From an uncultured Erysipelotrichaceae bacterium (lineage in GTDB: Bacteria > Bacillota_I > Bacilli_A > Erysipelotrichales > Erysipelotrichaceae): a stretch of DNA of 14,670 nt. Both the position numbers and the translations under genes were made by a program. Below the pieces are notes generated by a model. That model saw only the letters and a list, made by a program, of their open reading frames with translations. It had not been told where the DNA came from and made no database searches. The stretch is taken from contig CAYWGS010000033.1 of assembly GCA_964457525.1 (NCBI GenBank), forward strand, positions 1-14,670. The letters run 5' to 3'. This document shows, piece by piece, positions 1-6,838 of the stretch (its first letter is position 1; every line of letters starts with the position of its first letter).

Positions 1-288
1 GTTGCTCGTGTTTGGAACAATGGCTCAGTTATTCGTTCTTGGCTTGTTGAACTTGTGCAAGAGTCGTTTAAGAATGATCCGAAATTAGAAATGATTACAG
101 GAGCTTCGGATTCAAGTGGTGAAGCACAATGGACCGTTGAGCAAGCCTTACAGCTTAAAGTCCCAACGCCTGTAATTAGTTTATCGCTGATGATGCGATA
201 TCGTTCAAAACAAAATGACACGTTTGCTGGAAAGGTTGTATCAGCCCTTCGTAATGCATTTGGTGGTCATTCGGTTACAAAGAAATAA
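1..288 (+). CDS. 6-phosphogluconate dehydrogenase, short Gnd-like (YqeC-type) family, C-terminal fragment; 5' end lies outside the window
   Basis: Frame 1 is open from nt 1 (VARVWNNGSVIRSWLVELVQESF...SALRNAFGGHSVTKK*), with TAA at 286-288. The GSVIRSWL segment and the FGGH C-terminus match my recollection of the ~300-aa decarboxylating 6-PGDH-like family. A 26-nt gap with an AGGAAAGGAAA SD leads to the next gene, which implies co-transcription. Confidence 0.75.
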   Translation, partial: VARVWNNGSVIRSWLVELVQESFKNDPKLEMITGASDSSGEAQWTVEQALQLKVPTPVISLSLMMRYRSKQNDTFAGKVVSALRNAFGGHSVTKK

Positions 289-314
289 ACCCTAGAGGTT
301 AGGAAAGGAAAATC

Positions 315-731
315 ATGGAATTAACAGTAGTACAAGCATTGTTGATCGCGTTATTCGTAGCGGCAGTGCAATCACGTGGTTTAGGGTATGCTACTCTAAC
401 AATGCGTTTTAGCCCAATGATGACTGGTTTAGTGGTCGGGATTGTCATGGGTCGAGTACCTGAAGCAATGGTTATTACAGCAGGTATTCAATTAGTTTAT
501 ATGGGCGTTATCGCTCCAGGGGGCTCAATGCCTTCAGAACCAGCTGTTGCGACAGCAATCGCAGTTCCTGTTGCTTTATTAGCTAAAATGGAACCATATG
601 AAGCAATCGCAATCGCTATTCCAGTTGGTTTATTAGGTGGTTACTTATACCAATTCAGATTCTTCTTAAATACATTCATTATCCGTTTAACGGATAAGTA
701 TGCAGAAGATTTGAATGACAAAGGTTTATGA
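315..731 (+). CDS. PTS mannose/fructose/sorbose-class EIIC, N-terminal fragment (ends at in-frame TGA 729-731)
   Basis: 138-aa hydrophobic ORF. It is colinear with the first half of ManY-type EIIC, and its end (...RLTDKYAEDLNDKGL*) corresponds to the ...HAADKAAEE... segment of E. coli ManY. The SD AGGAAAGGAAA lies upstream. The next ORF is in the same frame. Confidence 0.8.
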   Translation: MELTVVQALLIALFVAAVQSRGLGYATLTMRFSPMMTGLVVGIVMGRVPEAMVITAGIQLVYMGVIAPGGSMPSEPAVATAIAVPVALLAKMEPYEAIAIAIPVGLLGGYLYQFRFFLNTFIIRLTDKYAEDLNDKGL

Positions 732-740
732 TTCTCCATT

Positions 741-1076
741 ATGGGATTACCAATCCTTGTATCATTCGCGCTTTATGTACCAGTTATGTATTTGGCATTA
801 TATTATGGGGCACCATTCATTGCGGAATTCACAGCTGCCAATGCCAGTAGCCAAATCTTCCATGTATTATCCGTTGTTGGTGGTGGTTTAGCTGCAGTCG
901 GTATTGCATTATCCATTCATGTTATTGGTAAAAAGGAATACATCGTGTTCTTTATCTTAGCTTTCTTCTTAGCATACGTATTAAAACCATTAGGCGTTAC
1001 GATGATTACATACGCTGTCTTAGGTGGAGTACTCGCATTCATTTATGTGCTTGTTACACGCTTAAGTAGAGATTAA
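741..1076 (+). CDS. PTS mannose-class EIIC, C-terminal fragment (same frame as 315-731)
   Basis: 111-aa hydrophobic ORF. 741-315=426, which is divisible by 3. Only FSI separates the TGA from this ATG, and no SD is visible in front of 741. It is colinear with the second half of ManY-type EIIC. Confidence 0.75.
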   Translation: MGLPILVSFALYVPVMYLALYYGAPFIAEFTAANASSQIFHVLSVVGGGLAAVGIALSIHVIGKKEYIVFFILAFFLAYVLKPLGVTMITYAVLGGVLAFIYVLVTRLSRD

Positions 1077-1087
1077 GGAGTACGATC

Positions 1088-1636
1088 ATGAGTAAAAATA
1101 TGACACCTGAAAAGATTACAAAGAAAGATTTACATGGCGCTTGGTTCCGTTGGTGGTGGGCAAATGAAGTTCCACATGCATTCGACCGTTACATCGCTCC
1201 ATCTTTATTACTAGCATTAATGCCTATTTTAAGAAAACTCTATAAGAATGATGATGATCTACGTGAAGCTTATCACCGTCACCTTATGTTCTTTAACACT
1301 CAAGCAATTTGGGGTGGTGGTACCATCACTGGTATCGTTGCTTCCTTAGAAGAAACTCGTGCAAATCAAATTGCGAATGACGAAGAAGTCACTGTTACAC
1401 ATGACCTCATTAACAACACTAAACTTGGATTAATGGGTGCTCTAGCGGGTATTGGTGATGCGATTGACTCCGGTACTGTACAGTATATCTTCATCGCAAT
1501 CGCATTGCCTTGGGCACAAGCAGGATCTCCTATGGGTTCATTATTCCCATGGATTGGATTCACATTAGTTACTTATTTATACGGTTATTACTTCACACGT
1601 AATGGTTATAAACTCGGACGTGCTGCCGCAACTTAA
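1088..1636 (+). CDS. PTS mannose-class EIID, N-terminal fragment (ends at in-frame TAA 1634-1636)
   Basis: The 182-aa ORF has the EIID hallmark RHLMFFNTQ (ManZ: RRHLEFFNTQ), ...SLEETRAN (ManZ: LALEEQRAN) and KLGLMGALAGIGD (ManZ: KVGLMGPLAGVGD). The SD AAGGAG overlaps the EIIC stop. Confidence 0.85.
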   Translation: MSKNMTPEKITKKDLHGAWFRWWWANEVPHAFDRYIAPSLLLALMPILRKLYKNDDDLREAYHRHLMFFNTQAIWGGGTITGIVASLEETRANQIANDEEVTVTHDLINNTKLGLMGALAGIGDAIDSGTVQYIFIAIALPWAQAGSPMGSLFPWIGFTLVTYLYGYYFTRNGYKLGRAAAT

Positions 1637-1654
1637 CTTGTTAGTGGCAAGAAG

Positions 1655-1933
1655 ATGACAGCAATTATTGAAGGCTTATCTGTATTAGGTTTATTTATGA
1701 TGGGTATTATCGCTTCGAGTTATGTTAAAGTTTCTTCGATCTTTACGTTAAATATTTCTGGTAAAGAGTTCGTTCTACAAAACATTCTAGATGGTTTACT
1801 ACCTGGCTTACTACCATTTACCGTAATTATGGCTATTTACTTCTACTTCTCTAAGAAGGGAATTAAAGTTACGAATGCTATCTTAGGACTAACAGCAGTA
1901 CTTGGTGTATTGGCTTGGTTTAATATTCTTTAG
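1655..1933 (+). CDS. PTS mannose-class EIID, C-terminal fragment (same frame as 1088-1636)
   Basis: 1655-1088=567, which is divisible by 3. MTAIIEGLSVLGLFMMG aligns with ManZ LQKLTEGASILGLFVMG, and LDGLLPGLLP aligns with ManZ LDQLMPGLVP. Only six codons (LVSGKK) separate the TAA from the ATG. Confidence 0.8.
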   Translation: MTAIIEGLSVLGLFMMGIIASSYVKVSSIFTLNISGKEFVLQNILDGLLPGLLPFTVIMAIYFYFSKKGIKVTNAILGLTAVLGVLAWFNIL

Positions 1934-1941
1934 TTAACCCT

Positions 1942-1971
1942 TACACTCCCATACGTCTGTGTGGGAGTGTG
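1942..1971 (+). other. Intercistronic RNA stem-loop between EIID and EIIB
   Basis: The 5' arm 1942-1954 (TACACTCCCATAC) pairs with the 3' arm 1959-1971 (GTGTGGGAGTGTG). That gives 13 bp including two G:U pairs, with a GTCT tetraloop. No U-tract follows, and the SD AAGGAGG at 1978-1984 stays outside the stem. Confidence 0.7.
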
Positions 1972-1989
1972 TCTATAAAGGAGGACAAC

Positions 1990-2481
1990 ATGGGACAAAT
2001 ACAATTAACACGCATCGATGATCGTTTAGTACACGGACAAGTTATGACTAAATGGTCTAAAGGATTAGGAATAAATGCAATCTTTATCATTGATACTGAA
2101 GTGGCTAAAGATGACTTTATGAAACAAATCTTTATTAGTTCAGGTGAACATGCTGGATTTAAAGTAAAAGTCATGAGTATCGATGAAGCAATTGAATACT
2201 GGAATACAACTCAATTTGAAAACTATAAAGCAATCTTACTCTTCAAATCTGTTTTTACAGTGAGTGAAGCTGTTAAAAAAGGATTACCCGCAACACTTGT
2301 TAATATCGGTGGAATTGCGAAACGCAAAGATACTAAATTTATTATCAACAGTGTATCCATCGGTAACGATGAAGCAGAGTTATTGCGTGAATTAAATAAA
2401 GAATATAATGTAGAAATTTTCTTCCAGATGTTACCAGATAGCAATAAGGTTTCTCTCGCAGAAGCACTTAAACAGTTCTAA
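1990..2481 (+). CDS. PTS mannose-class EIIB
   Basis: MGQIQLTRIDDRLVHGQV carries the EIIB(Man) phospho-His motif IDDRL[IV]HGQ, with the His codon at 2032-2034. I prefer ATG 1990 (AAGGAGG 6 nt upstream) over the GTG at 1969 used by the ORF track. Confidence 0.9.
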   Translation: MGQIQLTRIDDRLVHGQVMTKWSKGLGINAIFIIDTEVAKDDFMKQIFISSGEHAGFKVKVMSIDEAIEYWNTTQFENYKAILLFKSVFTVSEAVKKGLPATLVNIGGIAKRKDTKFIINSVSIGNDEAELLRELNKEYNVEIFFQMLPDSNKVSLAEALKQF

Positions 2482-2482
2482 T

Positions 2483-3478
2483 ATGGATAGAATCGCAATC
2501 GTAAATAGCAGTTCATTTGGGAAGTACTTTCCAGATCAACTTGCTCGACTCAAGAAAATTGGTCCAATTGAATTCTTCAAGTTCCCAAGTGATGTAAATC
2601 CAAAGGAACTTGCGGAATCACTTAAAGACTACAACTACATTATTGCCTCAGTCACACCGTTTTTTACCAAAGAATTCTTTGATCATCATCCAGGCGTTAA
2701 GCTATTAGCACGTCATGGTATCGGCTATAACAACGTTGATACGAAAGCAGCGACTGAACACAATTGTTACGTCACGATTGTCGAAGGGATTGTCGAACAA
2801 GATGCAGTGGCAGAAAATGCGATTGCTCACTTGATGAACTCTGCACGCCAGTTGAAACTTGCGGCTCTAGCAGCTGAAAAAGGTGAATGGAAGCGTCGTG
2901 CTGAATTTATGGGTTACCAAATTCGAAATAAAACCGTAGGTGTTATTGGATTTGGAAACATTGGTTCACGTGTTGGATCCATTTTAAGAGATGGTTTTGC
3001 ATGTAAACTACTTGCTTATGATCCATATCAATCGGATGAAATGTTAAGAGAAAAAGGCGCAATTCCTGTCTCCTTGGAACAATTACTCCAAGAATCCGAT
3101 ATTATCTCGCTTAATGCATTTATCAATGATAAGAGTTATCACTTGATTAAAGAAGAACAAATTAAACAAATGAAGGATCATGTCATGATTGTGAATACAG
3201 CTCGGGGTGAGTTGGTTGATGATCGTGCATTAATTCAAGCAGTTATGGATCGAAAGATCTTTAGTTATGGAGCTGATGTGGTTGAAGGTGAACCGATTGA
3301 TTCAAATCATCCTCTCTTCTCAAGTCCATACATAACGATTACACCGCATACCTCTGCGTATACCTTTGAGTGTTTAGAAGGTATGGGTGAGAAGTGTGTA
3401 TCAGATTGTGAAAAAGTTTTTGCTGGTAAAGCTCCTGTTAATCTTGTGAATAAAGAGTTAATTGAGCATACCTGTTGA
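2483..3478 (+). CDS. D-isomer-specific 2-hydroxyacid dehydrogenase family, NAD(P)-dependent (phosphoglycerate/ketogluconate-reductase-like)
   Basis: Contains the Rossmann motif GVIGFGNIGSRVG, NTARGELVD (catalytic Arg region) and ITPHTSAYT (catalytic His). It starts 1 nt after the EIIB stop and ends with TGA at 3476-3478. Confidence 0.85.
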   Translation: MDRIAIVNSSSFGKYFPDQLARLKKIGPIEFFKFPSDVNPKELAESLKDYNYIIASVTPFFTKEFFDHHPGVKLLARHGIGYNNVDTKAATEHNCYVTIVEGIVEQDAVAENAIAHLMNSARQLKLAALAAEKGEWKRRAEFMGYQIRNKTVGVIGFGNIGSRVGSILRDGFACKLLAYDPYQSDEMLREKGAIPVSLEQLLQESDIISLNAFINDKSYHLIKEEQIKQMKDHVMIVNTARGELVDDRALIQAVMDRKIFSYGADVVEGEPIDSNHPLFSSPYITITPHTSAYTFECLEGMGEKCVSDCEKVFAGKAPVNLVNKELIEHTC

Positions 3479-3490
3479 TAGGAGAAATTT

Positions 3491-3898
3491 ATGGTTGGTG
3501 TATTAATTTTAACCCATGGGAAGCTTGCGGATGGATTTAAAAACAGTGTTGAAATGATTATGGGACAAAATGAATCATTTAAAACACTTGGACTTTTTGA
3601 AGGTGAAGATTTCTCAGAATATAAAGAAAAAGTCTTAGAACTCATTACAGAACTTGATTCTGGAGAAGGTGTTCTTGTATTAGTCGATTTATTTGGGGCA
3701 TCACCTTATAACTCGGTTATGTTCAATTTCCAAGAAATTAAAAATCGTGGACTAAAGGTTAAGTTATTAACTGGGGTTAATCTACCGATGGTTATTGAAA
3801 CCTTAAGCGCACGTAATTATATGGATTTTGACAAATTATATGAAGAAGCGATGCAAACTGCAAAAGAAAATATAAAAGGATTTAATGGTGAATTCTAA
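3491..3898 (+). CDS. PTS mannose-class EIIA
   Basis: MVGVLILTHGKLADG carries the EIIA(Man) THG phospho-His motif (His codon 3515-3517). DLFGASPYN matches the conserved D-x-x-GGSP-type segment. The SD GGAGA lies 7 nt upstream. Confidence 0.9.
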   Translation: MVGVLILTHGKLADGFKNSVEMIMGQNESFKTLGLFEGEDFSEYKEKVLELITELDSGEGVLVLVDLFGASPYNSVMFNFQEIKNRGLKVKLLTGVNLPMVIETLSARNYMDFDKLYEEAMQTAKENIKGFNGEF

Positions 3899-4833
3899 TG
3901 AAAGTATTAATTACACCTCGATCATTTGGCAAGTATAGCGATTTTGCCAAGAACCAATTATTGAACAATGGGATTGAAATTATAAACAATCCAAGTGGAT
4001 CTATTCTGACGGAAGATGAGTTGATTGCTCTGGTAAGTGATGTGGACGGAATCATTATAGGCGTTGACCCCTTAAATGAGAGAGTTCTATCACATGCCAA
4101 GAAATTGAAAGTGATTTCTAAGTATGGGGTTGGGGTGGATAATATTGATTTAGAGTATTGTAAGAAACATGATATTGATGTGCACATTACGAAGAATGCA
4201 AACTCTCAAGCCGTTGCGGATTATGCGTTTGCACTTATATTAGCACTTGCTCGTAAAGTAACTGAAATTAATGATGCATGTCATGAAAAAGATTGGTCAA
4301 AGAAAGTTACAGTCGACATTTATCAGAAACGTATTGGAATATTAGGTTTTGGGAATATCGGTAAAGCAGTTGCGCTTCGTGCGAGAGGATTTGATATGGA
4401 AGTCTTAGCATATGATACCTATCAAGATCATGCATTTGCGGATGCGCACCAAGTACGTTTTACGACGATTGATGAAATCATTGAAACCTGTGATTTTATC
4501 AGTATTCACTTACCCCTTATTCCTGAAACCCAACATCTTCTCAATTATGAACGCATGAGTCGTATGAAAAAGAATGCAATTCTTGTAAATACAGCTCGTG
4601 GCGGTATTATCAATGAAGATGATTTGGTTCGTATCTTAGAAGAAAAGAAGATTTATGGAGCTGGATTAGATGTTTTCCAACATGAACCTGCTTCAGAATC
4701 TCCTCTACTTAATTTTAAAAATGTCGTAGTTGGTTCTCATTGTGCTGCGTCTACTGAAGGTGCAGTTGAGAATATGAGTAATTTTGCGGTCGATAATTTA
4801 ATCGAAGCATTTAAGAAAAGAGGACTCCTATAA
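3898..4833 (+). CDS. D-isomer-specific 2-hydroxyacid dehydrogenase family, second paralog
   Basis: Contains GILGFGNIGKAVA, NTARGGIIN and GSHCAAST. There is a TAATG overlap with the EIIA stop. The domain order matches the 2483-3478 product. Confidence 0.85.
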   Translation: MKVLITPRSFGKYSDFAKNQLLNNGIEIINNPSGSILTEDELIALVSDVDGIIIGVDPLNERVLSHAKKLKVISKYGVGVDNIDLEYCKKHDIDVHITKNANSQAVADYAFALILALARKVTEINDACHEKDWSKKVTVDIYQKRIGILGFGNIGKAVALRARGFDMEVLAYDTYQDHAFADAHQVRFTTIDEIIETCDFISIHLPLIPETQHLLNYERMSRMKKNAILVNTARGGIINEDDLVRILEEKKIYGAGLDVFQHEPASESPLLNFKNVVVGSHCAASTEGAVENMSNFAVDNLIEAFKKRGLL

Positions 4834-5465
4834 TGGATAAAATAGATATTATCAAACGTATTATGGAGGATAAATTAGTCGCAGTTATCCGTGCTGAATC
4901 CAAGGAACAAGGCCTTAAGGTCGTGGATGCAGTACAAAAAGGTGGTATTAAACTGATTGAAGTCACAATGACAGTACCGGGTGCAGTGGATATTATTGAA
5001 TCTCTATCCCAAGCGTATAAAGGGAAGGATGTGGTGATTGGAGCTGGTACAGTACTCGATTCTGAGACAGCACGTATGTGTATTTTAGCTGGAGCTCAAT
5101 TCGTTGTATCTCCAAGTTTCAATGAAGGCACAAGTACCATATGCAATCGTTATCGTGTACCTTATTTACCAGGTGCGATGACTGTTAATGAAATTATTGA
5201 ATGTCTTGAACATGGTGCTGATATTATTAAACTCTTCCCTGGTAATTTATATAACCCAGGAACAATCAAAGACTTTAAAGCACCTCTACCACAAGCAAAC
5301 TTTATGCCTACCGGTGGAGTGAATGTTGAAAATATTGCTCAATGGATTAAAGCAGGAGCTGTTGCGATTGGTGTAGGTGGATCACTTACAGCAGGCGCAA
5401 AAACAGGCGATTATGATGCAGTAACACGTGAAGCTGAACGCTTTATCGCTGCTCTATCAAAATAA
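4833..5465 (+). CDS. eda: 2-dehydro-3-deoxyphosphogluconate (KDPG) / 4-hydroxy-2-oxoglutarate aldolase, Eda family
   Basis: Contains KLVAVIRA, IKLIEVTMT (Eda: EVTLRT, catalytic Glu), GAGTVL and IIKLFPG (Eda: FKFFPA, Schiff-base Lys). There is a TAATG overlap with the upstream gene. Confidence 0.85.
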   Translation: MDKIDIIKRIMEDKLVAVIRAESKEQGLKVVDAVQKGGIKLIEVTMTVPGAVDIIESLSQAYKGKDVVIGAGTVLDSETARMCILAGAQFVVSPSFNEGTSTICNRYRVPYLPGAMTVNEIIECLEHGADIIKLFPGNLYNPGTIKDFKAPLPQANFMPTGGVNVENIAQWIKAGAVAIGVGGSLTAGAKTGDYDAVTREAERFIAALSK

Positions 5466-6112
5466 TGAGTAAGTTTGATTATGTATTCTTTGATATGGAT
5501 GGATGCTTAGTTGATAGCGAACGTATTTATTGTGATGCTTGGTTAGAAACATTCATGAAGTACAATATCCCCATTCAATATGAAACCATTATGAGTTGGA
5601 GAGGTCTTGGATTCATGGAGATTGTGGATGATATTAATCAATACACCAAGAATCGTGAATTCGCCATCTCACTCAAAGACATTCGTGATGAACTCTTTTG
5701 GGAGAAACTTGCAAAGAATGAAGTATATTTGAAACACTATGCCTTAGAGTTTATGCAATGGTTGGATGATCATCATATCCCTTATGCTTGTGTTACTTCA
5801 ACGTTTCGATATAAGGCAGAACGAATCTTAAAACATTTTGACCTTCATGATCGTTTCCAATTTATTGTCTATGGTGATCAAGTCGAGAGAACAAAACCTT
5901 ATCCAGATGTTTATCTAAAAGCGATTGAATTATCGAACATGGATAGACATAAAATACTTGTATTTGAAGATTCTTATAATGGAATGTTAGCCTGTAATCG
6001 TGCCGATTTAAATGTTGTATATATCCCGGATATGTTAAAAGAATCATACCCTGACATAAAAATATATGCCCAGTTGGAAAGTTTTGAATCGGCCACTCCG
6101 TTGTTCGATTAA
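5465..6112 (+). CDS. HAD-superfamily hydrolase, subfamily IA (beta-phosphoglucomutase/sugar-phosphatase-like)
   Basis: HAD motif I is FFDMDGCLVDSE, motif II is CVTST, motif III Lys is in RTKPYPDVY, and motif IV is FEDSYNG. There is a TAATG overlap with the eda stop. Confidence 0.85.
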   Translation: MSKFDYVFFDMDGCLVDSERIYCDAWLETFMKYNIPIQYETIMSWRGLGFMEIVDDINQYTKNREFAISLKDIRDELFWEKLAKNEVYLKHYALEFMQWLDDHHIPYACVTSTFRYKAERILKHFDLHDRFQFIVYGDQVERTKPYPDVYLKAIELSNMDRHKILVFEDSYNGMLACNRADLNVVYIPDMLKESYPDIKIYAQLESFESATPLFD

Positions 6113-6161
6113 GCATATAGCCAATGCTTTTCGATAGTATTTGTCTGTGTATATCCTTTAC

Positions 6162-6196
6162 AAAAGCACCTCAAGTAACATTGGGGTGCTTTTGTG
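6162..6196. terminator. Bidirectional Rho-independent terminator shared by the PTS operon (+) and the yigZ-like gene (-)
   Basis: AAAAGCACCTC (6162-6172) pairs with GGGGTGCTTTT (6183-6193) around a 10-nt loop. The A-run on one side and the T-run on the other give a U-tract on both strands. It sits between convergent stops at 6112 and 6224. Confidence 0.8.
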
Positions 6197-6223
6197 TAAT
6201 ATAGATACTGTTTAGTTTGTTTA

Positions 6224-6823
6224 TCAAAGTTTTCTTTCTACTTCATTGATTGTTTGTGATAGTAGGGTTAATTGACCACGTGTAATTTCTTTAAGTTCTA
6301 AGAGATAATCATCTTTAACGGATCGTATGACTAATTGAACTTGATCGGTAAATGATTTAGATAAGATTTCCACATCCTTTAATCGATTCAAGATGATATC
6401 CGTATAAGTGATCGGGAATTCAATGGTTGTATCGAGCATTTCCATGATGGGGTTAAGTTTAACCGTTTCGAGTGCTTGAGCAACCGATCCACTATAAGCG
6501 CGAGTTAATCCACCTGCACCAAGTTGAATCCCCCCATAGTATCGAATCACGAACGCCCCAACATCGATGATGTTTTGTTTACGTAAGACTTCTAACATGG
6601 GAAGTCCTGCGGTTCCACTCGGTTCTCCATCATCATTGCTTTTCTCGAGTTGTTGGATGCGATACGCTGTACAAATGTGTGTTGCCTTTGGGTGACGTTT
6701 TTTCATATCCTTTAAAATAGCGTTGAACTCATCCACTGAAAAAACCCGATAGAGTTCGGTGATAAACTCGGATTTCTTAAGGATAATGGTATGGCTTGTG
6801 TTACAATTTATTCGAACATTCAT
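6224..6823 (-). CDS. yigZ: YigZ / IMPACT family protein (UPF0029)
   Basis: Contains KKSEFITELYRV, HPKATHICTAYRI and DDGEPSGTAGLPMLEVL, the characteristic IMPACT-N motifs. It has a TGA stop. The ATG at 6823 has no recognisable SD. Confidence 0.8.
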   Translation of the reverse strand: MNVRINCNTSHTIILKKSEFITELYRVFSVDEFNAILKDMKKRHPKATHICTAYRIQQLEKSNDDGEPSGTAGLPMLEVLRKQNIIDVGAFVIRYYGGIQLGAGGLTRAYSGSVAQALETVKLNPIMEMLDTTIEFPITYTDIILNRLKDVEILSKSFTDQVQLVIRSVKDDYLLELKEITRGQLTLLSQTINEVERKL

Positions 6824-6838
6824 GGTTAAAGTTTAACC
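6824..6838. promoter_or_regulatory. Perfect 15-bp palindrome GGTTAAAGTTTAACC in the 46-bp divergent yigZ/purB intergenic region; candidate operator
   Basis: GGTTAAA (6824-6830), G, TTTAACC (6832-6838). It abuts the yigZ start codon and overlaps an AACCGAAAT stretch with a CCGAA core. Confidence 0.4.

Noticed and set aside
596-620. A short tandem-looking GCAATCGCAATCGC repeat
   Set aside because: It encodes the hydrophobic AIAIAI stretch of a transmembrane helix in EIIC. This is coding-driven periodicity, not a repeat element.
729-731. The in-frame TGA in EIIC could mean that TGA encodes Trp (genetic code 4, Mollicutes-like)
   Set aside because: TGA is a genuine stop elsewhere in the window. 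The copy at 3476-3478 is followed by a GGAGA SD and the EIIA ATG. It also ends the minus-strand yigZ gene (6224-6226) and the partial ORF at 14552-14554. The second break, in EIID, is TAA, which code 4 does not explain.
1366-1563. Antisense ORFs from the six-frame track (1366-1563, 1941-2174, 2223-2444, 3307-3645, 3882-4187, 5862-6116, 8104-8355, 8914-9105, 10682-10870, 10880-11098, 11216-11404, 13098-13283)
   Set aside because: Each lies wholly or almost wholly opposite a well-supported gene with recognisable family motifs. They have no SD and low-complexity or atypical composition. This is the typical shadow-ORF behaviour of AT-rich coding sequence.
1969-1989. The longer EIIB start at GTG 1969 (MSIKEDNMGQ...)
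   Set aside because: GTG 1969 lies inside the 3' arm of the stem-loop and has no SD. ATG 1990 has AAGGAGG at ideal spacing and gives the canonical EIIB N-terminus.
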